Shown here piece after piece: positions 42,752 to 51,738 of a stretch of 64,000 bases of DNA. The notes below the pieces were generated by a model. It searched no databases, was not told the DNA's origin, and was given only the letters and a program-made list of their open reading frames with translations. Position 1 is the stretch's first letter. Each line of letters begins with the position of its first letter. The DNA comes from Calditrichia bacterium (GTDB lineage Bacteria > Calditrichota > Calditrichia > RBG-13-44-9 > J075): NCBI GenBank assembly GCA_050633245.1, contig JBOEGD010000005.1, positions 60,076 to 124,075 of the forward strand. The letters run 5' to 3'. A program made the translations under genes and the position numbers.

Positions 42752-43171
42752 TTATTTGAGGATCATCATACGAGTAATTAGAGGCGACTCGTTGCCGAGG
42801 ATGATGCGCCAAAAATAAACTTCTCCCATAACACTCGGGGAGGTAAAGTGGCTTTTAAACTTACCGGGCTTCAGCAGACCAGCTTTGTGATTGGTGATCA
42901 CTTTTCCCGTTTGAGTAAAAACTCTTATTGTTACCTCTGTTGCTTCGAAGACCTCGAAGTGAATGGAGGTAACGGATCAGAAGGGATTCGGGAAGTGAGG
43001 GAGGACTCTTCCCAGTTTATTTGCCAGAAGCGTTTGGGAGGCGGTAGCGGAAGAACCGTCTGGGAGCACTTCTATTTTCCATTGAAGGGATTCTTGCTGT
43101 GCGAAGAGTGGCAGTGAGAACAATGATACAGATAGAATGACAGGAATGGTTTGAAAGAAGAGCCGTTTCAT
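42752..43171 (-). CDS. Secreted protein with sorting-domain-like Ig fold and in-frame UGA (candidate selenoprotein; alternatively a nonsense pseudogene)
   Basis: GAGAGG RBS; signal peptide; ...HFPNPF[TGA 42977-42979]SVTSIHFEVFEATEVTIRVFTQTGK...GEVYFWRIILGNESPLITRMMILK TAA; frame open 74 codons past the TGA. Confidence 0.7.
42930..42973 (-). promoter_or_regulatory. Putative bacterial SECIS hairpin
   Basis: UGA-UCC-GUUACCUC-CAUUCA-CUUCGA-GGUCU-UCGAAG-CAACA-GAGGUAAC: perfect 8-bp and 6-bp stems, G-first apical loop at +24. Confidence 0.6.
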
Positions 43172-43280
43172 TCGTACAAGCCTCTCATTATATGTGAAGT
43201 TGCTTTATTGAGAATGGTAAAGTTTAGTGGCTATGACCAGTTTCTACGACCAGTCATAGCACGTATAGAATTATAAAATC

Positions 43281-43721
43281 CTATTTATGGCGATAGAAAA
43301 TCTTTGCCACAATTTTCCAACCATCTTTGCCCTTATATAGTGACAGATAGTCGGTGAAGACATGTTTGCCGTCGCGATGCAGTTCGACGCGTGCTATGGC
43401 TGCATTACCGCTATAGTCGACAACCTCAAAGGTATGCTCAACGTTTGGTTTGGGCTCATCGCCGGTCTTTTTTGCATTTGCCTTTTCGATGTTCTTCATC
43501 CAGTCGGCAATGGAGACTTTGCGCAAACCATCTTCGCCAAAGATCGTCATAGTAAAGTCGGGGTGAAAGCCGGCGCGAATCTTGTCTAAATTGCCTTCAA
43601 TATGAATGCCTTCAACATAAGCACTGGTTACAGTGTTCTTAATTGCATCGGTTTCTTCAGATGCAAACAGTGAAAATGAGCTAACAAAACCGACAATAAA
43701 AAGGGTGACCATGCGTTTCAT
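43281..43721 (-). CDS. NTF2-like (putative lumazine-binding) secreted protein
   Basis: YVEG, GFHPD, FTDYLSLYK..DGWKIVAKIF. Confidence 0.85.
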   Translation of the reverse strand: MKRMVTLFIVGFVSSFSLFASEETDAIKNTVTSAYVEGIHIEGNLDKIRAGFHPDFTMTIFGEDGLRKVSIADWMKNIEKANAKKTGDEPKPNVEHTFEVVDYSGNAAIARVELHRDGKHVFTDYLSLYKGKDGWKIVAKIFYRHK

Positions 43722-43832
43722 GGAGACTCCGGGGTTTAATAAATGATGGGATGATTTTCAGCAATGTATACGAAGCTTCTATTTTAAAGTTCCTTTGCTG
43801 AGTGACAAGATTATAAGCAGCTTGTAAAGAGA

Positions 43833-44597
43833 TTATTTTTTATCGGATGTGGCAGTTTTGCTTCTGTCGTGCGGTATCATCGACCGTTTCACCAATGTCT
43901 CTTCTACAGACAAGTTTCCATCCGCGATCTTATATGTTAGATTAATGTAGTCGACCACATTATGATGATATATATCTTTGCTATATGGCGTAAACTTAAA
44001 GATTTTATGTAGCCTTAGTGATTTGTCGTAATAAATGTCTTCGAGAAATGGGTTGGTCTCTATCTGTTCTGAAAGCTGGCGCACTTCATCTTTGGAGAGG
44101 ATTTCTGTGATACCTTTATAACGGGATTTGAAATAGGCGAACAAGGTTGCATGTAGTTCAATGATTTGCCTTTGTTCCTCGCGTGAGGCATCATCACTTA
44201 ACAGGCTGTTGATAAAGGATTTGAGCTCTCTAGAATCAATAGATTGATACGAAGTTATTTTACCTTCGTATTCGCTTCTAAGGGCAATTACATCATAGTA
44301 CAAGCCATGTAGTTGCAAATTCGTGAAATCCATAATTGAAATAATTTCAGTATCTCGATAAGTCCCTATCGAGTCAATTTCATACTTGTAACTTTTGTCC
44401 TCAATAAGTTGTTCTGTTTGTTCAATAGCAGACTTTGTAAAAAGTCGCGTTATAGGAACCCCCAGAGATTGCTGGGTCAATGTATTGCGGAGAATACAGA
44501 ATTTTGCAATGTCTTCATATTTTGTTGAGTCGGATTGGCCAAAGAGAAATGAGGTGAGTAAGAAACTGATTGTTAAAGCGAATAGCCATCTCTTCAT
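43833..44597 (-). CDS. Hypothetical secreted protein
   Basis: Signal peptide; 254-aa ORF. Confidence 0.75.
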   Translation of the reverse strand: MKRWLFALTISFLLTSFLFGQSDSTKYEDIAKFCILRNTLTQQSLGVPITRLFTKSAIEQTEQLIEDKSYKYEIDSIGTYRDTEIISIMDFTNLQLHGLYYDVIALRSEYEGKITSYQSIDSRELKSFINSLLSDDASREEQRQIIELHATLFAYFKSRYKGITEILSKDEVRQLSEQIETNPFLEDIYYDKSLRLHKIFKFTPYSKDIYHHNVVDYINLTYKIADGNLSVEETLVKRSMIPHDRSKTATSDKK

Positions 44598-44631
44598 TAT
44601 GAGACCTTTCGGTTTTTCAGCATCGGTAATG

Positions 44632-45270
44632 CTAGCATCCTATTTTAGAACAAAACTCTTTCTGCAAATGTTTACGATAGTTCTCGATTAGCTTGGTTCT
44701 TTCTTCGGAGGAAATGGAGGCCACGCCGTGCGCAACAAACGGCTTTAAAGCATTCCACTTCATATAGCCAAAAACATCGTCAGACATATTCATAATCCGT
44801 CGGTCGTACGCTCGTTTCTCTTTGGCATCCTCTGCGCCGCCGGTGGTAACAGAGAACATAACCGTTTTGGCAGGCAGCGTTTTGCTTCGCCCATACGCGA
44901 AACCATAGGATAGTACCCTGTCTATCCAGCCTTTTAGGATTCCGGGATAGCTGCCCCACCAGATAGGAAACTGTAAAATTACGGCATCGGCCCATTCCAG
45001 TTTGTACTGCTCCTGGCGAATTTCCAGAACGAATCCGCCGTATTGACCGAATGTTTTTTGGGCTGAGATTAAGTCCAGTGGTTCGTTCTCAGGAAATTTT
45101 GCAAAATCTGCTCGTCCAGCGGCGCCACCGAAGCCGGATTGGCAGAGATTGGATTGCCGTATTTCGCAACCTTGTTTTGTCAGAATGTCAGCAGCAGTAT
45201 CTTTTAAAGCATGGTTAAACGATTGAACTTCCGGGTGTGCGGTTACCAATAATATTTTAGATTTAGACAT
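44632..45270 (-). CDS. NAD(P)H:quinone oxidoreductase (flavodoxin_2 family)
   Basis: AHPE..SFN, QFPIWWGSYPGILKGWIDRV, TTGG. Confidence 0.92.
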   Translation of the reverse strand: MSKSKILLVTAHPEVQSFNHALKDTAADILTKQGCEIRQSNLCQSGFGGAAGRADFAKFPENEPLDLISAQKTFGQYGGFVLEIRQEQYKLEWADAVILQFPIWWGSYPGILKGWIDRVLSYGFAYGRSKTLPAKTVMFSVTTGGAEDAKEKRAYDRRIMNMSDDVFGYMKWNALKPFVAHGVASISSEERTKLIENYRKHLQKEFCSKIGC

Positions 45271-45299
45271 CGCAATCTCATTTTCAGATGGTGCAGGTG

Positions 45300-45836
45300 T
45301 TAGTCGTTATGCTGTAAGAACGCGAGAATTTCACTGCGATGCAAGTGATTGCTAAGCCAGTCTTTGAACTCAATGGCTTTTTGAAAATCGGTTTCTCCCA
45401 GTTTCTCCTCCATGCGTTGTTTTGACAAAGCTTTTTTGGCGTCGCGGCGTATGTCTCGTTGCCAGGAGTCTGATATTACATTGTGCAGCTGACGATGTAA
45501 TTTGTGCTGTTTTAATAATTGCCACTCGCCGCCATCCAACCATATTCCACCAGACCCGGGTGACCAGTCCAGATGAATTGGCAGCTCCGCGGAAATGTGA
45601 AAACGTCTCAATAATCCACCAGACTCGGGACAGATTTTAGCGCGAGCATCCTCCGGCGTCACCTCAATGGGTTGAAATTTCTGGGCAGAGGTTTCTTCGT
45701 CCGTGGTTTCAAGCCAGTGCTGATAATCATTAAATCGAATATAGACCCCTTTGCTCTGAATACATTGCCAGACAGGGAGGTTTTCCTCAAGGGCAGTTTC
45801 AAGCATATCCAATCGCGGAAAAAGTGGACTCTTCAT
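45300..45836 (-). CDS. Tandem zf-TFIIB-like domain protein with degenerate cysteines
   Basis: GGIWLDGGEW signature; knuckles read SPLF, CIQS, CPES, SPGS. Confidence 0.75.
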   Translation of the reverse strand: MKSPLFPRLDMLETALEENLPVWQCIQSKGVYIRFNDYQHWLETTDEETSAQKFQPIEVTPEDARAKICPESGGLLRRFHISAELPIHLDWSPGSGGIWLDGGEWQLLKQHKLHRQLHNVISDSWQRDIRRDAKKALSKQRMEEKLGETDFQKAIEFKDWLSNHLHRSEILAFLQHND

Positions 45837-45905
45837 TTAGTACCTTTCCGATAGAATGTTGTTTACCTTATTATTCGCATTAAAACTCGGTTTTTAGAAA
45901 AATAC

Positions 45906-47093
45906 TTAGATTTCTTTCAGCGCCTGTGATAAATCGGCAATCAGATCTTTTGCGGATTCCAACCCAACCGAAATGCGGATGTCGCCGAGTGAAATACCCA
46001 ATGCAGCAAATTGCTCTGCTGGTAATTCCTTCAAATAACTGATGGCCGGTGCGTATACCAGACTTTCGTGTCCGCCCCAACTGACGCCAATCTGAAAGTA
46101 CTGTAAGCTGTTAAAGAAGCGCTTAATTTTTCTAAGCTGTTGCGTCTTCAACTCAAAGCTCATTAATCCGCTATATCCGGTCATTTGCTTTTTAGCCAGT
46201 TCGGCCTGTGGAAAACCGGGCAGCCCGGGATAGCGAACTTGTTTTATGGCCGTATGAGTTTGTAAAAACTCCGCGACAAGCATGGCGTTTTCCTGATGTT
46301 GTTTTAATCGCATCGGTAATGTGCGCAGGCTGCGCTGTAATAGAAAGGCCTCAAATGGTGCCATCTTGGCGCCAAAGAACTCGTAGCTGTTTTCGCACAT
46401 CTCAAGGATATCCTTGTCGCTACCCATTACAACGCCTGCAATAATGTCGCTGTGACCGCCGAGGTATTTCGAGCAGGAATGAATTTCCAGATCGACGCCC
46501 ATTTTCAACGGCTGCTGAAAAATCGGTGTAGCCCAGCTGTTGTCGATTAACGTTTTTATACCTCTTGATTTTGCAAGCTCGCTGACTGCTGAAATGTTTT
46601 GCAGAGTAAATATCGCTGAGGATGGTGATTCCAGGTAAATGACTTTAGTGCGCTCATTTATAGCCTCTTCGAAATCGCTAACTTGTTCTCCTGCTACAAA
46701 TGTGGTATCGATATGCATCTTTGTACGCAGGAAGCGGTTTAGCAGATTGTTAGTAGGACCATAACAATTCTTTACCGCTATGACGTGGTCTCCCGGTTCC
46801 AGAAAGTGAACCATTGCAGCCGTGACTGCGCCAATTCCGGAGCCAAATAATCGAGCTCGTTCTGCACCAGCCAGCATGGCCAGTTTTTCCTCAACCTGAT
46901 GTACCGTTGGGTTTCTCACGCGCGTATAAATGTTAGAGTTGTCGCGATCATCAAATGCGGTATCGATGGCTTCCCAGTCTTCAAAAGTAAATAGTGAATT
47001 CTGGTAGATTGGAGCGACAACCGCGCCCTTGCTTTGTTGACGGTATTCTTTATAATGTACGAGACGTGTTTCAAGATCGGGTGGTTTTGTCAT
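45906..47093 (-). CDS. PLP-dependent trans-sulfuration enzyme (Cys/Met metabolism, cystathionine/methionine lyase-like)
   Basis: YTR..NPT, LESP, DNSWATP, SCSKYLGGHSD, SWGG.ESL, RISVGLE; start taken as ATG 47093. Confidence 0.92.
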   Translation of the reverse strand: MTKPPDLETRLVHYKEYRQQSKGAVVAPIYQNSLFTFEDWEAIDTAFDDRDNSNIYTRVRNPTVHQVEEKLAMLAGAERARLFGSGIGAVTAAMVHFLEPGDHVIAVKNCYGPTNNLLNRFLRTKMHIDTTFVAGEQVSDFEEAINERTKVIYLESPSSAIFTLQNISAVSELAKSRGIKTLIDNSWATPIFQQPLKMGVDLEIHSCSKYLGGHSDIIAGVVMGSDKDILEMCENSYEFFGAKMAPFEAFLLQRSLRTLPMRLKQHQENAMLVAEFLQTHTAIKQVRYPGLPGFPQAELAKKQMTGYSGLMSFELKTQQLRKIKRFFNSLQYFQIGVSWGGHESLVYAPAISYLKELPAEQFAALGISLGDIRISVGLESAKDLIADLSQALKEI

Positions 47094-47117
47094 TTGAAGA
47101 TCCTGGTTTTTTGTTAA

Positions 47118-47294
47118 TGAAAAGTGAAAAGTGAAAAGTGAAAAGGCAATAAGGCAATAGGCAATAGGGCAATAGGGCAATAGGGCAATAGGGCAATAGG
47201 GCAATAAGGCAAACTTGTTTTGTATTCTACCTATTTCAAACGATAAATTTCGTTCACCGTTCACCGTTCACCGTTCACCGTTCACCGTTCACCG
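47118..47294. repeat. Short tandem repeat block
   Basis: (TGAAAAG)x4, GCAATAGG-type units x8, then (CGTTCAC)x6 overlapping the nhaC stop. Confidence 0.95.
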
Positions 47295-48707
47295 CTCTCT
47301 GTTTACGTTTCCCCTATACGAGTAAATCGCTATAACCGGTGCAATAATAAGGTTTATCAGCGAAAGCAATTGCCAGTGCCAATAGTCGGCAAACGGTACG
47401 CCCAGCGTTACTACCATGAAGATTGCGGTAGGTGTCCAGGGGACGAGTGACTCGAGCATCGTTCCTGCGTCCTCAAGGGAACGTGATAGTACCGGACGCG
47501 GTATGTTTAAATCGTCATATTTTTTCTTGAATGCATCGCCGACAATAAAGCTGGTGGCGTACTGATTACAGGTTAGTGAATTTGTCACTGCAGTTGCTGC
47601 AAGGCTGGACAAAACCGTGCTGGCTCTGGATCTTGTAAAGCGAAATATGCGATTCACTACTGTCGACATCGCGTCGATGAGATCAATTGTGCCGATAAAG
47701 AAGAAAACGGTAAAAGCAATAATCACAGCATCTATGAGCGCATAGAGGCCGCCGCGATTTAGTAAAGTCTGTACATTCTCGGAAGGACTTTCTATCCATG
47801 TTGCCATTGAAGTATGAAAGCCTTTGTACATCGACTGTAAAATATCGGACAGACCGAACGGTTGAAAGGCGAGCGCCAAAAGTACCGCTATGAACGCAGA
47901 AATAATCATGGTGGGTAAAATAGCCTTTCCACGAATAGAACCGTATAGAATAATAAGCGGCGGTAGCGCCATGAAAATGTTAAAGTGAAATATAGACTGT
48001 AGAGAATTTAGAAATGGCAACATGGTTTCTGAACCGCTGGTGAGAATCGTCGGTGGATGTATAAATCCCAACACGCCAAAGCCAGCCGAAGCCAGAATCG
48101 CTGAGGGAAAAGTCGTGACGGTCATTGAACGAATATGGTCGTATAGATCAACATTGGTTGCAATTGCAGCCATGTTGGTGGTATCCGATAGCGGAGACAT
48201 TTTATCGCCAAAGGCAGCACCACCAATAATCGCACCTGCAGTAATTGCAAGATCTGCTCCCATTGCACCGGCAATTCCGATTAACACAATACCAATAGAT
48301 CCAACTGATCCCCAGGAGGTGCCGGTAAGAATGGAAAAGATTACCGGCACTAGAAAGGCGAGCAGATAGAATACATTCGGATGAATTGTTTTAAGTCCAT
48401 AGTAGACCAGCATTGGAATCGTTCCACAAATCATCCAACTTCCAATGATTAGGCCAATCGTCAGCAGAATAAAGAATGCGGGCATTGCACTCGAGACCTT
48501 CGCGACAATGGATTCCTGAATTTCTTCCCAGCTGAATCCCAGCCAGAACATTTCCGCAACCGCAAATGATGCTGCAATAATGAAAACTATTTCCAAGGGA
48601 AAGGCCGGCAGGCCTTGAACCTGCGGGCGAAAAATTAACCCATAGCCTATTGTGGTTAGCAAAACAAGAATTGGGAACAAGGCGTAACGAAATGTTGGCG
48701 TTTTCAT
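47289..48707 (-). CDS. nhaC: NhaC-family antiporter/amino-acid transporter
   Basis: GTIP, GTSWG, GDKMSPLSDTTN, LSRSLED, PW. Confidence 0.9.
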   Translation of the reverse strand: MKTPTFRYALFPILVLLTTIGYGLIFRPQVQGLPAFPLEIVFIIAASFAVAEMFWLGFSWEEIQESIVAKVSSAMPAFFILLTIGLIIGSWMICGTIPMLVYYGLKTIHPNVFYLLAFLVPVIFSILTGTSWGSVGSIGIVLIGIAGAMGADLAITAGAIIGGAAFGDKMSPLSDTTNMAAIATNVDLYDHIRSMTVTTFPSAILASAGFGVLGFIHPPTILTSGSETMLPFLNSLQSIFHFNIFMALPPLIILYGSIRGKAILPTMIISAFIAVLLALAFQPFGLSDILQSMYKGFHTSMATWIESPSENVQTLLNRGGLYALIDAVIIAFTVFFFIGTIDLIDAMSTVVNRIFRFTRSRASTVLSSLAATAVTNSLTCNQYATSFIVGDAFKKKYDDLNIPRPVLSRSLEDAGTMLESLVPWTPTAIFMVVTLGVPFADYWHWQLLSLINLIIAPVIAIYSYRGNVNRER

Positions 48708-48870
48708 AAGTGAGCTTTCGGTTATTTCTTCAACGAAAAGATAGCACGATTCATGATTCTATGAAAATACTGCCTGCAACCTGCTGCCCACAGCCTGTTT
48801 GTTCAATCAGCGATGGACAATCAGCAATTCGAGCGCTATATTTGATCGGACAAAAAAACGGAACTTATGT

Positions 48871-49260
48871 ATGGACTCAATTGACCAGTCAATGCAAACG
48901 GTAGACAGTCTTCGCAAGCTCGCAGGCATGATGAGTGCCTGGTTAAAATTTCTTGCTGTTGCCAATATGTTGCTTGGCGCGTTTATGGTAGTGACTCTGA
49001 TTGGAATTTTATTTGCCTGGCTGCCAATTTGGATTGGAGTGCTGCTGTACCAAGCCGGCGAACGCGCCTCAGGTGCTGCAAAACATTCAGATTCTGGTAA
49101 GCTGGTGGAAATGGTAGATAAGCTGCGTCTCTATTTTATCATTAACAGCGTACTTACCATGTTCTGGCTTGCTTTCGGAATTGGCTTCTTCATTTTTATT
49201 TATGCAGTTATGCAGATGCCCGCCGATGAGTTTCGCGGACTAATGGAATATGTATTTTAA
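48871..49260 (+). CDS. DUF5362-like membrane protein
   Basis: WLKFLA, GILFAWLPIWIGVLLYQA, KLRLYF. Confidence 0.8.
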   Translation: MDSIDQSMQTVDSLRKLAGMMSAWLKFLAVANMLLGAFMVVTLIGILFAWLPIWIGVLLYQAGERASGAAKHSDSGKLVEMVDKLRLYFIINSVLTMFWLAFGIGFFIFIYAVMQMPADEFRGLMEYVF

Positions 49261-49289
49261 GATCAACTCGGATACAATTACACAGTACG

Positions 49290-49598
49290 ATGACAAAACA
49301 TTTTCTTTGCAAAACCAGCGATATAAGATATCAACGATCCAAGCGCATTACATTACCAGGCGGTGAGCCAATAGCCATTTTCCATACTGCAAGCGGTTAC
49401 TTTGCGGTGCGGGACATTTGTCCGCACGCCGGGGCGCCATTGCACGATGGTCTCATACGCGGAAATCAGTTAATGTGTGCCTGGCACGGCTGGAAATTTG
49501 ATCTGACTACCGGAAAATGCCTTACAAAGGGCTCCAAGTTGACACGATATCCCGTTGAACTTGTTGGAGACGATATTTACCTGGTTCATGAGAAATGA
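49290..49598 (+). CDS. Rieske (2Fe-2S) ferredoxin
   Basis: CPHAG and CAWHG..FD. Confidence 0.92.
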   Translation: MTKHFLCKTSDIRYQRSKRITLPGGEPIAIFHTASGYFAVRDICPHAGAPLHDGLIRGNQLMCAWHGWKFDLTTGKCLTKGSKLTRYPVELVGDDIYLVHEK

Positions 49599-50233
49599 TT
49601 ATCCAACCGGATATTGAGGCCTATTTAAATAAGATGGTGTCTCGGCCGCCTTCTGTTGTTGAGGAAATGGAACAGTACGCGGCGCAAAAACGTTTTCCGA
49701 TTGCCGGGCCATTGGTGGGCAAGTTCCTTCAGTTAATGGTGAGGACAAGTCGAGCAAAAAATATTTTGGAGTGTGGCGGTGGATTTGGTTACTCTGCGGT
49801 TTGGATGGCCGAAGTACTTCCCGATGACGGCAAGATTGTTTCCATCGATTACTCGGAGGATAATGCTGCGCGAGGTACGGCATATTTAAAAAAAGCAGGT
49901 CATTCCAAAAAGGTGCAGTTTCTAAGCGGAGATGTAATGGCACTGCTGCCGCAAATGAACGAATGGTATGACTTGATTTTTAATGATGTAGACAATCATT
50001 TTTACCCGGAGTTGCTACCGCTGATTTTGCCGAAGCTAAAGCCTGGTGGCATGTTGATAACCGATAATGTGCTGTGGCGTGCCAAGGTTGTTGGTGAAAA
50101 CCCGGACAACACAACTCGCGCTGTGCTACAATACAATGAGATGCTGCATCAATCGCCGGAGCTGGAAACGAGTATTCTCCCACTTCGTGATGGCTTGGCA
50201 ATTAGCATCAAGCAACTCCATGCAAAGGATTAG
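49595..50233 (+). CDS. SAM-dependent O-methyltransferase (COMT-like)
   Basis: LECGGGFGYS, DLIFND, LKPGG..ITDN. Confidence 0.9.
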   Translation: MIIQPDIEAYLNKMVSRPPSVVEEMEQYAAQKRFPIAGPLVGKFLQLMVRTSRAKNILECGGGFGYSAVWMAEVLPDDGKIVSIDYSEDNAARGTAYLKKAGHSKKVQFLSGDVMALLPQMNEWYDLIFNDVDNHFYPELLPLILPKLKPGGMLITDNVLWRAKVVGENPDNTTRAVLQYNEMLHQSPELETSILPLRDGLAISIKQLHAKD

Positions 50234-50237
50234 ACAG

Positions 50238-50813
50238 ATGAAACTTTTGTCGATTTTGTTGGGTATTGTGTTTTTGACTGCCTGTTCTCCCAAGTCGATC
50301 TTCGTGCTCGAAAAACAAAAGGATGTGAATCTGGAGGTTCTTCGTACCGAGCCGTCGAGCCTGATTCTGAATATTTCTGAGCATCCTAAGGCATTTCGCG
50401 TTACGGGAAACCAACCCACCATTCATTCATTGAAAGATGCCCAATATAGCCTTGCGTTAAAGAGCGGATTTAACGACAGCCATTTAGGCGATGTGCGCAC
50501 GATTTGGATAAATGATTACACACCTTCGCAAATAACAATTGAGCAGCTTGTTAAGAATGATAAGCGATCGACCCATGTATTACATTTAAGTCGCTCGGAA
50601 ATCGTGCTGGAAGAAAAGATGGCTAATCTGGGACGTATCTCAACGCTGATGCGCTGCAATTTCTTCTTCGATTTTATCGAGTCCGATACCAAGTCTGTTT
50701 CATTCAGGGTATATAGCGAAGATGAGCTGAATCTGAACCAGTCGATTGATGATGAGATTAGCGAATGCTTTCGCATTGCCATAAACAAGCTGATGCGCAA
50801 AGGCAAGATTTAG
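50238..50813 (+). CDS. Hypothetical lipoprotein
   Basis: ATG 50238; MKLLSILLGIVFLTAC lipobox. Confidence 0.78.
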   Translation: MKLLSILLGIVFLTACSPKSIFVLEKQKDVNLEVLRTEPSSLILNISEHPKAFRVTGNQPTIHSLKDAQYSLALKSGFNDSHLGDVRTIWINDYTPSQITIEQLVKNDKRSTHVLHLSRSEIVLEEKMANLGRISTLMRCNFFFDFIESDTKSVSFRVYSEDELNLNQSIDDEISECFRIAINKLMRKGKI

Positions 50814-50817
50814 CGTT

Positions 50818-51702
50818 ATGATAAAGAACTTTTACCTCGGCTGTCCGGTTTGGGGAAATAAGGAGTGGGTTGGTGAATTCTTCTCTGAAGATGCCCGCCC
50901 AAAAGACTTTATTCGACAATATGCCAGCGTTTTGAATACGGTAGAGGGGAACAATACGTTCTATGGCCTGCCCAAAACCGAAACAATATTACGTTGGGCT
51001 GAAGAAACGCCTCCCGAGTTTAGCTTTTGCTTTAAGTTTCCGCGGCTTATTAGTCATGATAAACGGCTAATTGACACGGCTGCCGATACCACTGTTTTCT
51101 TAAAACTGATGGAGCCGCTTGCCGAACGCCTGGGGATGCTGTTTTTGCAACTGCCGCCTTCATTTGGCGCACATGGGCTCGACGTGCTGGAAAAATTCCT
51201 TTCAAGTTTGCCCACAGATTACAGCTATAGCGTAGAGGTGCGCCACCTCGATTTTTTTGACGAAGGGGTGAAAGAAGAAAAGTTCAATACGCTGCTGGAA
51301 AGACTCGGCGTAAACAGGGTCATGTTTGATACGATCACACTTCACAACATAAAAAGTGGTCAAAATGCCGATGTATTGGAAGCACAGCGCAAAAAACCCA
51401 AGATGCCACCGCGCTTTATTACAACAGGGGCTAAGCCGTTTTTGCGATTTGTCGGACATCAGCAGGTAGAACCAAATTTGGCGCGCTTAAATATGCTTGC
51501 TGACAAGACTGCCGAATGGTTGGGGCGTGGTCTAACGCCTTATGTTTGTCTGCATTCGCCGAATGATTTTCATGCACCGGCGCTCTGTCGTACGTTTCAT
51601 CAGCTTTTAAAGACCCGAGTTGGCGATTTGGATATCGGGGAAATGCCGGAATGGCCAATCGATCGTAAACCACCGCCTCCAAAACAGATGACACTTTTTT
51701 AG
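50818..51702 (+). CDS. DUF72 (YecE-like) protein
   Basis: NTVEGNNTFY, FKFP, LQLPPSF, VEVRH. Confidence 0.92.
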   Translation: MIKNFYLGCPVWGNKEWVGEFFSEDARPKDFIRQYASVLNTVEGNNTFYGLPKTETILRWAEETPPEFSFCFKFPRLISHDKRLIDTAADTTVFLKLMEPLAERLGMLFLQLPPSFGAHGLDVLEKFLSSLPTDYSYSVEVRHLDFFDEGVKEEKFNTLLERLGVNRVMFDTITLHNIKSGQNADVLEAQRKKPKMPPRFITTGAKPFLRFVGHQQVEPNLARLNMLADKTAEWLGRGLTPYVCLHSPNDFHAPALCRTFHQLLKTRVGDLDIGEMPEWPIDRKPPPPKQMTLF

Positions 51703-51738
51703 ATAATCTTATTCTACAATGACAATACGGATGTAAAT

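Noticed and set aside
47094-47264. 57-aa N-terminal extension of the PLP enzyme (LLPYCPIA repeats)
   Set aside because: It is the translation of tandem DNA repeats; family similarity begins near ATG 47093
48708-48870. SAM or T-box riboswitch upstream of the nhaC-lyase pair
   Set aside because: No recognisable conserved riboswitch motifs in this short divergent intergenic region
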